Origin: Prasinococcaceae sp. CCMP 1430
Lineage: Eukaryota; Plantae; Prasinodermophyta
Direction: 5' to 3'
Assembly: GCA_013416795.1 (NCBI GenBank)
Contig: RQSC01000811.1
Coordinates: 1-7,829, forward strand
Length of the DNA stretch: 7,829 bases
The position numbers were made by a program, and so were the translations under genes. This document shows, one piece after another, positions 1 through 5,568 of the stretch (position 1 is its first letter; each line of letters begins with the position of its first letter). Under the pieces are notes generated by a model. It was given only the letters and a program-made list of their open reading frames with translations, did no database searches and was not told the origin of the DNA.

Positions 1-1
1 G

Positions 2-595
2 CGACGAACCCGTCGCCGAATGAAGTGTCCTGAGCTCCCTGGCGGTCTTGCCTGTCACCGCCACATTGTTAATGTCATGCACCACAGGATAGAGCACACC
101 GCAGCCCTTGTGGTTGTCCGAGTACTCCTTGATGCACCCATTCAGCCTCTTGGTGGCCAGGCAGCTGCGGATGCGGGGGTGCTCTCCCAGGTTTGTGATG
201 CCCCCCTCCTTCGCATCCGCCCTCCTCAGGATGTCCTCGGCCAGGGAGCGGTCGGCATTGAGGTAGCGCTCCAACAGCACGGCCACCTTGTCACGGAACG
301 TGGCCGCGATCTTGCCGGGGAGCAGCATTATGATCTTGACCATCCCTTGTCGGTCGATCACGGGTGTGTCTCGCTGCCTGGCACCGGGGAATTTCCAGTT
401 GTCGGCCAGACCGACAACTTCGGGATGAGCTTTTTGCAGTGCCGCCCATGCATCTCGCGGGTTCTTAAATCCACAGCCTGACAGTGCATCATACAAGGAC
501 ATTCTTTCGTCGTCCGTCATGCGGATCTTGCCACCAAACTGTGGGTCCTCCTCCGCCCCGTCGGCCGGCGTCAGGTAGCGGATCACAGAGGACAT
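2..595 (-). CDS. Gene A: Bro-N-like (KFPG-QR-TPV) DNA-binding domain plus DinD-like C-terminal domain; 3'-partial, runs off the left edge; absent from the ORF track
   Basis: Manual translation from ATG at 595 gives 198 stop-free codons: MSSVIRYLTPADGAEEDPQFGGKIRMTDDERMSLYDALSGCGFKNPRDAWAALQKAHPEVVGLADNWKFPGARQRDTPVIDRQGMVKIIMLLPGKIAATFRDKVAVLLERYLNADRSLAEDILRRADAKEGGITNLGEHPRIRSCLATKRLNGCIKEYSDNHKGCGVLYPVVHDINNVAVTGKTARELRTLHSATGSS. It is collinear with B and D. The start sits in a perfect Kozak context (GCCACCATG). Confidence 0.92.
   Translation of the reverse strand, partial: MSSVIRYLTPADGAEEDPQFGGKIRMTDDERMSLYDALSGCGFKNPRDAWAALQKAHPEVVGLADNWKFPGARQRDTPVIDRQGMVKIIMLLPGKIAATFRDKVAVLLERYLNADRSLAEDILRRADAKEGGITNLGEHPRIRSCLATKRLNGCIKEYSDNHKGCGVLYPVVHDINNVAVTGKTARELRTLHSATGSS
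395..421 (-). repeat. Intragenic inverted repeat in gene A (perfect 9-bp arms, 5-nt loop)
   Basis: Sense strand reads AGTTGTCGG-TCTGG-CCGACAACT (arms 419-411 and 405-397), within codons EVVGLADNW. Confidence 0.9.
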
Positions 596-613
596 GGTGG
601 CAGATTCATACTG

Positions 614-627
614 TTATCATACATAAT
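614..627 (-). promoter_or_regulatory. Putative promoter motif ATTATGTATGATAA upstream of gene A
   Basis: Ends 18 nt before the ATG. It matches the motif upstream of gene E at 12/14 positions and shares the GATAACA core with the B/D upstream element. Confidence 0.5.
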
Positions 628-657
628 TGACGGTGTGTGGGCGCACCTGGCCAGTCT

Positions 658-663
658 TTTATT
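658..663 (-). terminator. AATAAA polyadenylation-type signal downstream of the 708..1646 gene
   Basis: The + strand reads TTTATT about 45 nt past the TGA, inside an AT-rich patch with the direct repeat ATTACAAAA x2. Confidence 0.45.
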
Positions 664-707
664 ACAAAATAAATTACAAAACTTTACTCCCACGACAGCA
701 TCCTCCT

Positions 708-1646
708 TCAATCCGTCATAAACTCCCCCGTCACCGTGCCGGGGTGCGCGGGGGTGAACCCGGGGGGCACGCCGTTGTCGATCAGCATGTAGTACGTCAT
801 GAACGCCTCCAACCACGCGAGCCGTTGTCTCCGTGCCGGGTCGGGGGACTTGTCGCTGCCTGCTTCGGCTCTCACCATGCGGATGCAGCTGTCCGCGGTG
901 GTGGCGCCCGCGTGGGCGTCCAGCACGCGCAACTGGCGAACGTACATCCTCCACTGGGGGGCGTAATCCGTCGCGACGATGGCGAGCGTCTCCGCGTCCG
1001 CCCCCTCCCCTCCCGCAATGTCCACCATGCTCGTGACCAGGTCCGTGGAGATCCTGTCCAGCCCCACCAGCAGCGACTCGTGGTCGCGCATGGCCTTCAC
1101 CACCTCCGGGTGCTGGTAGATGTACAGCGTCGAGTGGCGCTGGAACCCCAGCCTCCGAACCTGCCTGTCCAGCCTCCACAGGTCCCCGGGTGCGAAAGGG
1201 AACCGGGTCGCCGGGTCCTCGAACCGTCCGGACGCGATGATGTACTCCGCCAGCTTGACCGCGTCGAAACCCACCACCTGCCGCGTGGGGCGCACGAACT
1301 TGAACACGCGCTCACTAGAGGGCAGCGCGTCCATCGTGATGGGGTCCTCCTTGTTGGACACCCTCACGGCCAGGTAGGCGGCGATCGTCCTCTTGGCGCG
1401 GGCGTAGGGCAGCACCGTCCGCCTCACCCACCGCTGGACGCGGATGGCCTGCTGGTTGCAGTACGCCGCGCACTCCAGCTCCCGGTGCGTGGCGCTCCGG
1501 AACGGCCGCAGCCCCTGCATGAGCGCTATCTTTCTCAGCGTGTCACGCCTTGTGCCCTTGCCGTAGTAGTTGGCGGGGATGGCGGACGCCGCACGGACGC
1601 TGAGGCGGACGTCCTTGACGTCCACGGCCACGCGAAACGGCTTCAT
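708..1646 (-). CDS. Hypothetical giant-virus-type protein with HeH/SAP-like, IQ-like and U-box-like segments (putative ubiquitin-ligase-like)
   Basis: 312 aa from the first in-frame ATG (1646); the track starts at GTG 1694. Codons are strongly GC3-biased. Motifs: RRDTLRKIALMQGLRPFRSATHREL (HeH-like), AIRVQRWVRR (IQ-like) and DPITMDALP...FDAVKLAEYI...DPATRFPF (U-box-like, no zinc ligands). The start is uncertain. Confidence 0.8.
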   Translation of the reverse strand: MKPFRVAVDVKDVRLSVRAASAIPANYYGKGTRRDTLRKIALMQGLRPFRSATHRELECAAYCNQQAIRVQRWVRRTVLPYARAKRTIAAYLAVRVSNKEDPITMDALPSSERVFKFVRPTRQVVGFDAVKLAEYIIASGRFEDPATRFPFAPGDLWRLDRQVRRLGFQRHSTLYIYQHPEVVKAMRDHESLLVGLDRISTDLVTSMVDIAGGEGADAETLAIVATDYAPQWRMYVRQLRVLDAHAGATTADSCIRMVRAEAGSDKSPDPARRQRLAWLEAFMTYYMLIDNGVPPGFTPAHPGTVTGEFMTD

Positions 1647-1772
1647 TCCTACTGGTACGTCCACAGAATCCGGATGCGGATGTAGGCGGCACACCGCCGG
1701 TGGTGAGAAGTGCCTGCCCGGTTAACTTCATCAGACTTAAATATTATTATCAATATATAGCACCGAGATCTG

Positions 1773-1835
1773 AGATCCGAGCTGTTGACCGGGGCGGGGT
1801 CGCGCCAACGAACTCCCCGTCGACAGCTCAGATCT
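1773..1835 (-). terminator. Long inverted repeat overlapping the stop codon of gene E (possible 3'-end hairpin)
   Basis: Arms AGATCCGAGCTGTTGAC (1773-1789) and GTCGACAGCTCAGATCT (1819-1835) pair at 15/17 Watson-Crick positions, with inner GGGG/CCCC pairing. The stop codon is at 1828-1830. Confidence 0.6.
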
Positions 1836-2862
1836 TGAGTCTCTTCTGGCCGTACCTAGCGAACCTCTCTACGTTCAAGGGCCGGGTCAGTTCCAAGTCA
1901 GCCTTCATATCCTGTTTGTTCTTCTGTACCGCATCTATCGGAGCGGGGCCCTCAGGGGGCTTCACAAAGGCAGCCATGGCCTTCTGCACCTCCATCGCCG
2001 CCTTGTGCAGCTCCTTCTCCTCCCCCGGGTTCTTCGCGCGCTCCATCACATTGAACATGTAGAACCAGCTGTTCGCCAGCTGCCCGTCGTCCATCGGGTC
2101 TCTGGAGCTCCCGTGCTTCACGCCGTTGAGCTTCTTGAAAGCGGCCGCTGTCATCCCGGTCGCCGCCTCGCACGTCTTGTCGCCCAGAAACGCCATCACG
2201 GGTCCCACGCGCTCCTTGGGCAGATGGGAGGACACGAAGTCCGCCAGCTTGTGCTGAGTGTCCTTGGCCCTGATGCGGAGGGTCGGGTCGACCGTGCGCA
2301 CCGGTGGGACGTAGTCGGGGCGCGTGCGGCTGTTGCCCGGTTGGGTCAGCACCGCCACCGTGGTGGTCGTGCCGTGGACGGCGTCGTGGGCGTCGCGCAC
2401 CACCCGCATCATCGTGATGTCGCCGGCCAGGATGCGGTCCACCCACGAGCCTGCCTTGACGGCGAACTTGGAGCTTATCCACATGGCCAATTGGCTCACG
2501 AGACGGGGGTGGATCCAGATCCCGCGCTCGTCATTAGAGCCATCTGTAACCTCTTTAAAAACTGTTTTGGTGGTCGGCTCATTATTGAGCCCACCCCCGA
2601 CCTCCTGTTCTAACTCGTTGGCGAACTCTTGCACGCTCTCAAGCCTCCACCAGTTCTTGAAAAGTTTGCTACCATTTGAGGCTGCATGGCAAAGATCTTT
2701 CCCTAGAATGAGCTTGTCGCTTTTCCGTACTTTGATCTCCTTGGTCTCATCGACAACGAGACCGGGGAGGCTCTTGAGGGTGAATATCAAGTGCTTGTTG
2801 TTCTCTTTGACTAGCACAAAGAGTGGATGAGTAAAAAGGGCCGAGGCCTTGGCGAGAGCCAT
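1828..2862 (-). CDS. Gene E: KilA-N (APSES-like) DNA-binding domain plus DinD-like C-terminal domain
   Basis: KilA-N signatures: DLCHAASNGSKLFKNWWRLESVQEFANELE and GIWIHPRLVSQLAMWISSKFAVK. The C-terminal LRIRAKDTQHKL...EAATGMTAAAFKKLNGVKHGSSRDPM aligns with A, B and D. ATG 2862 (ACAACAATGG, strong Kozak) is preferred over 2910 and 2874 because the sequence between them is AT-rich and holds the promoter-like motif. Confidence 0.88.
   Translation of the reverse strand: MALAKASALFTHPLFVLVKENNKHLIFTLKSLPGLVVDETKEIKVRKSDKLILGKDLCHAASNGSKLFKNWWRLESVQEFANELEQEVGGGLNNEPTTKTVFKEVTDGSNDERGIWIHPRLVSQLAMWISSKFAVKAGSWVDRILAGDITMMRVVRDAHDAVHGTTTTVAVLTQPGNSRTRPDYVPPVRTVDPTLRIRAKDTQHKLADFVSSHLPKERVGPVMAFLGDKTCEAATGMTAAAFKKLNGVKHGSSRDPMDDGQLANSWFYMFNVMERAKNPGEEKELHKAAMEVQKAMAAFVKPPEGPAPIDAVQKNKQDMKADLELTRPLNVERFARYGQKRLKI
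2569..2598 (-). repeat. Intragenic imperfect palindrome in the KilA-N variable loop of gene E
   Basis: Sense strand GGGGGTGGGCTCA-ATAA-TGAGCCGACCACC pairs at 11/13 positions with a perfect inner 6 bp; it encodes part of EVGGGLNNEPTT. Confidence 0.7.
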
Positions 2863-2874
2863 TGTTGTTTGCAT

Positions 2875-2888
2875 TAATCTTACATAAT
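2875..2888 (-). promoter_or_regulatory. Putative promoter motif ATTATGTAAGATTA upstream of gene E
   Basis: 12/14 identical to the motif before gene A and ends 12 nt before ATG 2862. Confidence 0.45.
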
Positions 2889-2958
2889 ATGAAGACCATT
2901 TTAAACGCATCTGCCGATCAGTAAGAAGCGGTTAACAAATGGAGGTCTTAAAGCACCT

Positions 2959-3291
2959 ATGAGTGATGATGGCGGTCCGATAGTCGTGGAAAGGGCACCT
3001 GGTCTCACAGACTATCTGTACCCATGGGGCGAGAAATGCACCACCCTTTTTTCTGGGGACGCGTGCCCAATATTGGAGGAGGGCGACGACCAGTTCGATC
3101 TTGTGATGTCGTCCACCCACCGTCTCTGTTGCAATAGGGGTTGCGACAAAATCACCAGGAAGGGTGGCATGAAAAAGTGCGCAAAATGCAAAAAAGCATA
3201 TTACTGCTCGAAGGCATGCCAAACAGAGGCGTGGCCACTTCACAAGATTGGCTGTGCTCGTTTAAGAGACGGATGGTGCGAAACACAATAG
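2959..3291 (+). CDS. Small MYND-type zinc-finger protein
   Basis: CNRGC...KKCAKCKKAYYCSKACQTEAWPLHKIGC fits the MYND pattern C-C...CxxC...YCSxxCQxxxWxxHKxxC. 110 aa, ATG start. Confidence 0.9.
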   Translation: MSDDGGPIVVERAPGLTDYLYPWGEKCTTLFSGDACPILEEGDDQFDLVMSSTHRLCCNRGCDKITRKGGMKKCAKCKKAYYCSKACQTEAWPLHKIGCARLRDGWCETQ

Positions 3292-3306
3292 GCCCGGGGG
3301 CAGGTA

Positions 3307-3340
3307 GCGCGCTTATCTCAGGGGATAACATTTCTCCGCC
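3307..3340 (+). promoter_or_regulatory. Conserved 34-nt upstream element of gene B
   Basis: GCGCGCTTATCTCAGGGGATAACATTTCTCCGCC is 30/34 identical to 6353..6386 and contains the dyad TTATC-N6-GATAA. It ends 14 nt before the ATG. Confidence 0.75.
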
Positions 3341-3354
3341 ACTAGTAAACGGTC

Positions 3355-4266
3355 ATGACGTCCCAGGCACTTGTGAAGTATCTGCAGCCCTCGCGCGATG
3401 TGCCGGGGGATGACCCGTTCGCGAACAAGATGCGAGTGACGCCCGATGGCATGATTTCAAAGGTAGACGTCGTCAAGGTTGTGTGCTTTATGAACCCAGA
3501 TGGCACGTTGATGGACAATGCAGCTACTCAGGCATCAGGGGCGCTGGTGAGGCTTCACAAGGCATACCCAGAGGTTGAAGCATGCAGCTTTAACTTCAAA
3601 TTTCCCGGACCCGGGCAGCGAGACACTCCCGTCACCGACCGAGCTGGCATCATCAGGATCATCCAGCTGCTGCCCGGCAGGAGGGCCGCGTCGTTCCGCG
3701 ACAAGCTGGCGACGCTGTTCGAGCGGTACCTCGACGCCGACCGGTCGCTGGCCGACGAGATTTACGCGCGCGCGGATGCCAGGGAGTCTCAGCTGAAGGA
3801 CGACAAGCGCGTGAAGTGCTGCGAGTCCACAAAGGGCCACATGCAGGCGGTGAAGGAGAGCGGCGCCCCCTCTCTGGCGTCAAACCCGGGCAGGGTGTAC
3901 GCGCACATCAACGAGGTCCAGAACCACACGGCCACCGGGATGCACACCCGCGAGATCCGCGAGCTGCACCAGATGAAGAAGAGCGACTCGACGCGCGACT
4001 ACCTCACCGAGAGCGTCTGCGCCGGCATAGACCTTATGAACATCCTCAACAGGAACGCCATTTCCAGGGGCGAGGACCCCTCCGCCAGCATAGACACCAT
4101 AGGCGGCAAGCTGTTTTCGGTCTTTAAGGATCTCAAGATGCACCAGGAGGCCAGCGAGCCGCAGCCCCGGTCGTTCGCGCTGGCCAACAAGAGCAAGAGA
4201 GAGGAATACAACGCTCGACAGAAACTGGTAGTGGAGGCCCCGGCTAGGAAGCGCGTATGTTCGTAA
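3355..4266 (+). CDS. Gene B: Bro-N-like (KFPG-QR-TPV) DNA-binding domain plus DinD-like C-terminal domain
   Basis: 303-aa ORF with MRVTPDG...CFMNPDGT...FKFPGPGQRDTPVTDRAGIIRIIQLLPG...LFERYLDAD. It is paralogous to A, C and D at both protein and DNA level. Confidence 0.92.
   Translation: MTSQALVKYLQPSRDVPGDDPFANKMRVTPDGMISKVDVVKVVCFMNPDGTLMDNAATQASGALVRLHKAYPEVEACSFNFKFPGPGQRDTPVTDRAGIIRIIQLLPGRRAASFRDKLATLFERYLDADRSLADEIYARADARESQLKDDKRVKCCESTKGHMQAVKESGAPSLASNPGRVYAHINEVQNHTATGMHTREIRELHQMKKSDSTRDYLTESVCAGIDLMNILNRNAISRGEDPSASIDTIGGKLFSVFKDLKMHQEASEPQPRSFALANKSKREEYNARQKLVVEAPARKRVCS
3571..3597 (+). repeat. Intragenic inverted repeat in gene B (11-bp arms, 5-nt loop)
   Basis: GAGGTTGAAGC-ATGCA-GCTTTAACTTC forms 9 Watson-Crick plus 2 G-T pairs and encodes EVEACSFNF. 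Confidence 0.85.
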
Positions 4267-4268
4267 TC

Positions 4269-4274
4269 AATAAA
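4269..4274 (+). terminator. AATAAA polyadenylation-type signal after gene B
   Basis: Begins 2 nt after the TAA; a second AATAAA lies at 4322-4327. Confidence 0.5.
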
Positions 4275-4336
4275 GCATTTAAGGTTGTTTGTCCTTTTTT
4301 TATGTCATACTAGTACAAGTAAATAAAAAGGCCGAC

Positions 4337-4397
4337 CAGCCGGGGACGGCAGCGGTCACCGCGTGACAAGGCTACCGTCACCCGCGCGCCTCGGCTG
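4337..4397. other. GC-rich nested stem-loop in the intergenic gap between gene B and the 4409 gene
   Basis: Outer stem CAGCCGGGG (4337-4345) / CCTCGGCTG (4389-4397). Middle stem GACGGCAGC (4345-4353) / GCTACCGTC (4371-4379), 8/9 pairs. Inner stem GTCAC-cgc-GTGAC (4355-4367). Both flanks are AT-rich. Confidence 0.6.
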
Positions 4398-4408
4398 TGA
4401 TAATAAAT

Positions 4409-5029
4409 ATGGCCATCACCCTTAGCATGTCGCACCCCGTCGTGTCCATCGAGCGGCTTATGCCGTCAGAGACCGAATTCGGGACCGCGGAGGGTTTCTG
4501 GCTCAACCTGAGCGGCTCTCTTTACGACGATTTTGCGAAAGAGGGAATGCAAGGGTTTATTGACACAAAGGGCCGCTACTGCCTCGTTTTCAACGAATAC
4601 GATGACGACCCCGAAGACAATTTTATTAACCGCATTATCGACGCACTCTTCGATAAGAATGTGACATTTAGCGCGGAATCCTACCGTGGACCGATGTGCG
4701 CGAGTGGCGCGACTGCCATGAGCTGGAGGAGAGGGGATTCTTACATCGACATCCGGCGCCCGGAGGTGCGCGTGATACGAGCCAATTTGGAAAGGCCGTT
4801 CAAAGATCCAGAGTTCTACAAGTCCGTACCACCACCCGACCAACTGGAGATAGGTCAATACTCGTTCCCGTCCGCATACCGTCGCCTCATTCACGACTAC
4901 TGCAAGGACTTCACGGTCTACGAACTGATCGGAACCTACAACGGGGAGAACAAGAATCTGCCATCGTACGCGTCATGGAGTGAGCCGGTGCGGCTCGGGC
5001 GTGACATAAAAAATGACCGCCACCATTAA
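4409..5029 (+). CDS. Hypothetical protein (206 aa), no recognised family
   Basis: Long ORF with globular-looking composition, in tandem orientation with its neighbours and preceded by AT-rich TGATAATAAAT. ATG 4409 is preferred over the track's GTG 4397. Confidence 0.75.
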   Translation: MAITLSMSHPVVSIERLMPSETEFGTAEGFWLNLSGSLYDDFAKEGMQGFIDTKGRYCLVFNEYDDDPEDNFINRIIDALFDKNVTFSAESYRGPMCASGATAMSWRRGDSYIDIRRPEVRVIRANLERPFKDPEFYKSVPPPDQLEIGQYSFPSAYRRLIHDYCKDFTVYELIGTYNGENKNLPSYASWSEPVRLGRDIKNDRHH

Positions 5030-5032
5030 CAG

Positions 5033-5185
5033 ATGACGGCCGCCATGTTCATCCCCGTGCCCGCGCCGCGCCCCGTGCCGCTCCCCATTCCCCTGCCCGT
5101 CCCCGTGCCGGTGCCAGTGCCGCGACCGCGCCCGAGGCCCAGGCCCCGACAGCCGCGGCAGGCCAAGAAGAAGTTTGTGAAGTGA
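5033..5185 (+). CDS. 50-aa proline-rich basic microprotein with 16 consecutive X-Pro dipeptides; absent from the ORF track
   Basis: MTAAMFIPVPAPRPVPLPIPLPVPVPVPVPRPRPRPRPRQPRQAKKKFVK*. It fills the gap between the 5029 stop and the convergent DVNP stop almost exactly. Pro (CCC/CCG/CCA), Val and Arg codons vary synonymously while the dipeptide phase is kept. Confidence 0.7.
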   Translation: MTAAMFIPVPAPRPVPLPIPLPVPVPVPVPRPRPRPRPRQPRQAKKKFVK

Positions 5186-5195
5186 AAAGGCCGGG

Positions 5196-5498
5196 TTAAT
5201 TACGCGAGAAATTGGACATCACCTCGCGCCGGTTCTCGGGGGTATTCGCGAGGCCGTTTTCCTTTAACAAACGGTCCATCCGACTCTTGGCCTCCACCAT
5301 CGCCTCACTCAGCGATCCACCGGTCTCCGCGTGCACCTTCTGCACGAACTTGGCCCACGGGTTCTGCGCCCCTTTCTCGCTCCTCGCCTTCGAAACGACC
5401 CGGCCGTCCTTCCTCCGCACCAAGTCGTCGCTCGTGAGCCCTCCGCTCGTCCTGGTCGCCCTGCCCTTCATGACGTCAGCTTTGCTCCCGACCGGCAT
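5196..5498 (-). CDS. DVNP: DVNP (dinoflagellate/viral nucleoprotein) family basic DNA-binding protein
   Basis: VGSKADVMKGRATRTSGGLTSDDLVRRKDGRVVSKARS...PWAKFV matches the DVNP core as I know it (VGSR/KAxVxxGxAxKTSGGLxKxDLxxNKxGxxVSK...W). 100 aa, basic. Confidence 0.85.
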   Translation of the reverse strand: MPVGSKADVMKGRATRTSGGLTSDDLVRRKDGRVVSKARSEKGAQNPWAKFVQKVHAETGGSLSEAMVEAKSRMDRLLKENGLANTPENRREVMSNFSRN

Positions 5499-5542
5499 CC
5501 GTATCGCATATATGACTATACCAATATTTTAATCACCCCCCA

Positions 5543-5560
5543 ACACACACACACTCTCTC
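5543..5560 (+). repeat. Short (AC)6(TC)3 microsatellite in the 5' leader of gene C
   Basis: ACACACACACACTCTCTC read directly, 8 nt before ATG 5569. Confidence 0.6.
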
Positions 5561-5568
5561 CCGAGAAG

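Noticed and set aside
20-481. 153-aa + strand ORF from the track
   Set aside because: Antisense shadow of gene A, which has clear paralogs in the window.
723-770. G/C-run hairpins at the 3' end of the 708..1646 gene
   Set aside because: Short, bulged stems made of G and C homopolymer runs, as expected from Pro/Gly codons (PPGFTPAHPG).
583-1685. Long alternative ORFs 583..1179 (-) and 627..1685 (+)
   Set aside because: They overlap the 708..1646 gene, are R/G/H/P-rich and are typical of stop-poor alternative frames in high-GC3 DNA.
1700-2830. ORFs 1700..2062, 1952..2482, 2005..2613 and 2324..2830
   Set aside because: Alternative-frame or antisense shadows of KilA-N gene E, with no motifs of their own.
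2941-2946. GGAGGT 12 nt upstream of the MYND ATG, resembling a Shine-Dalgarno site
   Set aside because: Single occurrence with long spacing; no other gene has one, and the other signals are eukaryotic (Kozak, AATAAA, MYND, DVNP).
2932-3413. ORFs 2932..3243 (-) and 3141..3413 (+)
   Set aside because: They overlap the well-supported MYND gene; the hydrophobic stretch in the minus ORF is just the complement of Lys/Cys codons.
4252-4266. C-terminal RVCS of gene B as a prenylation signal
   Set aside because: The Cys is second from the end, not fourth, so it is not a CaaX box.
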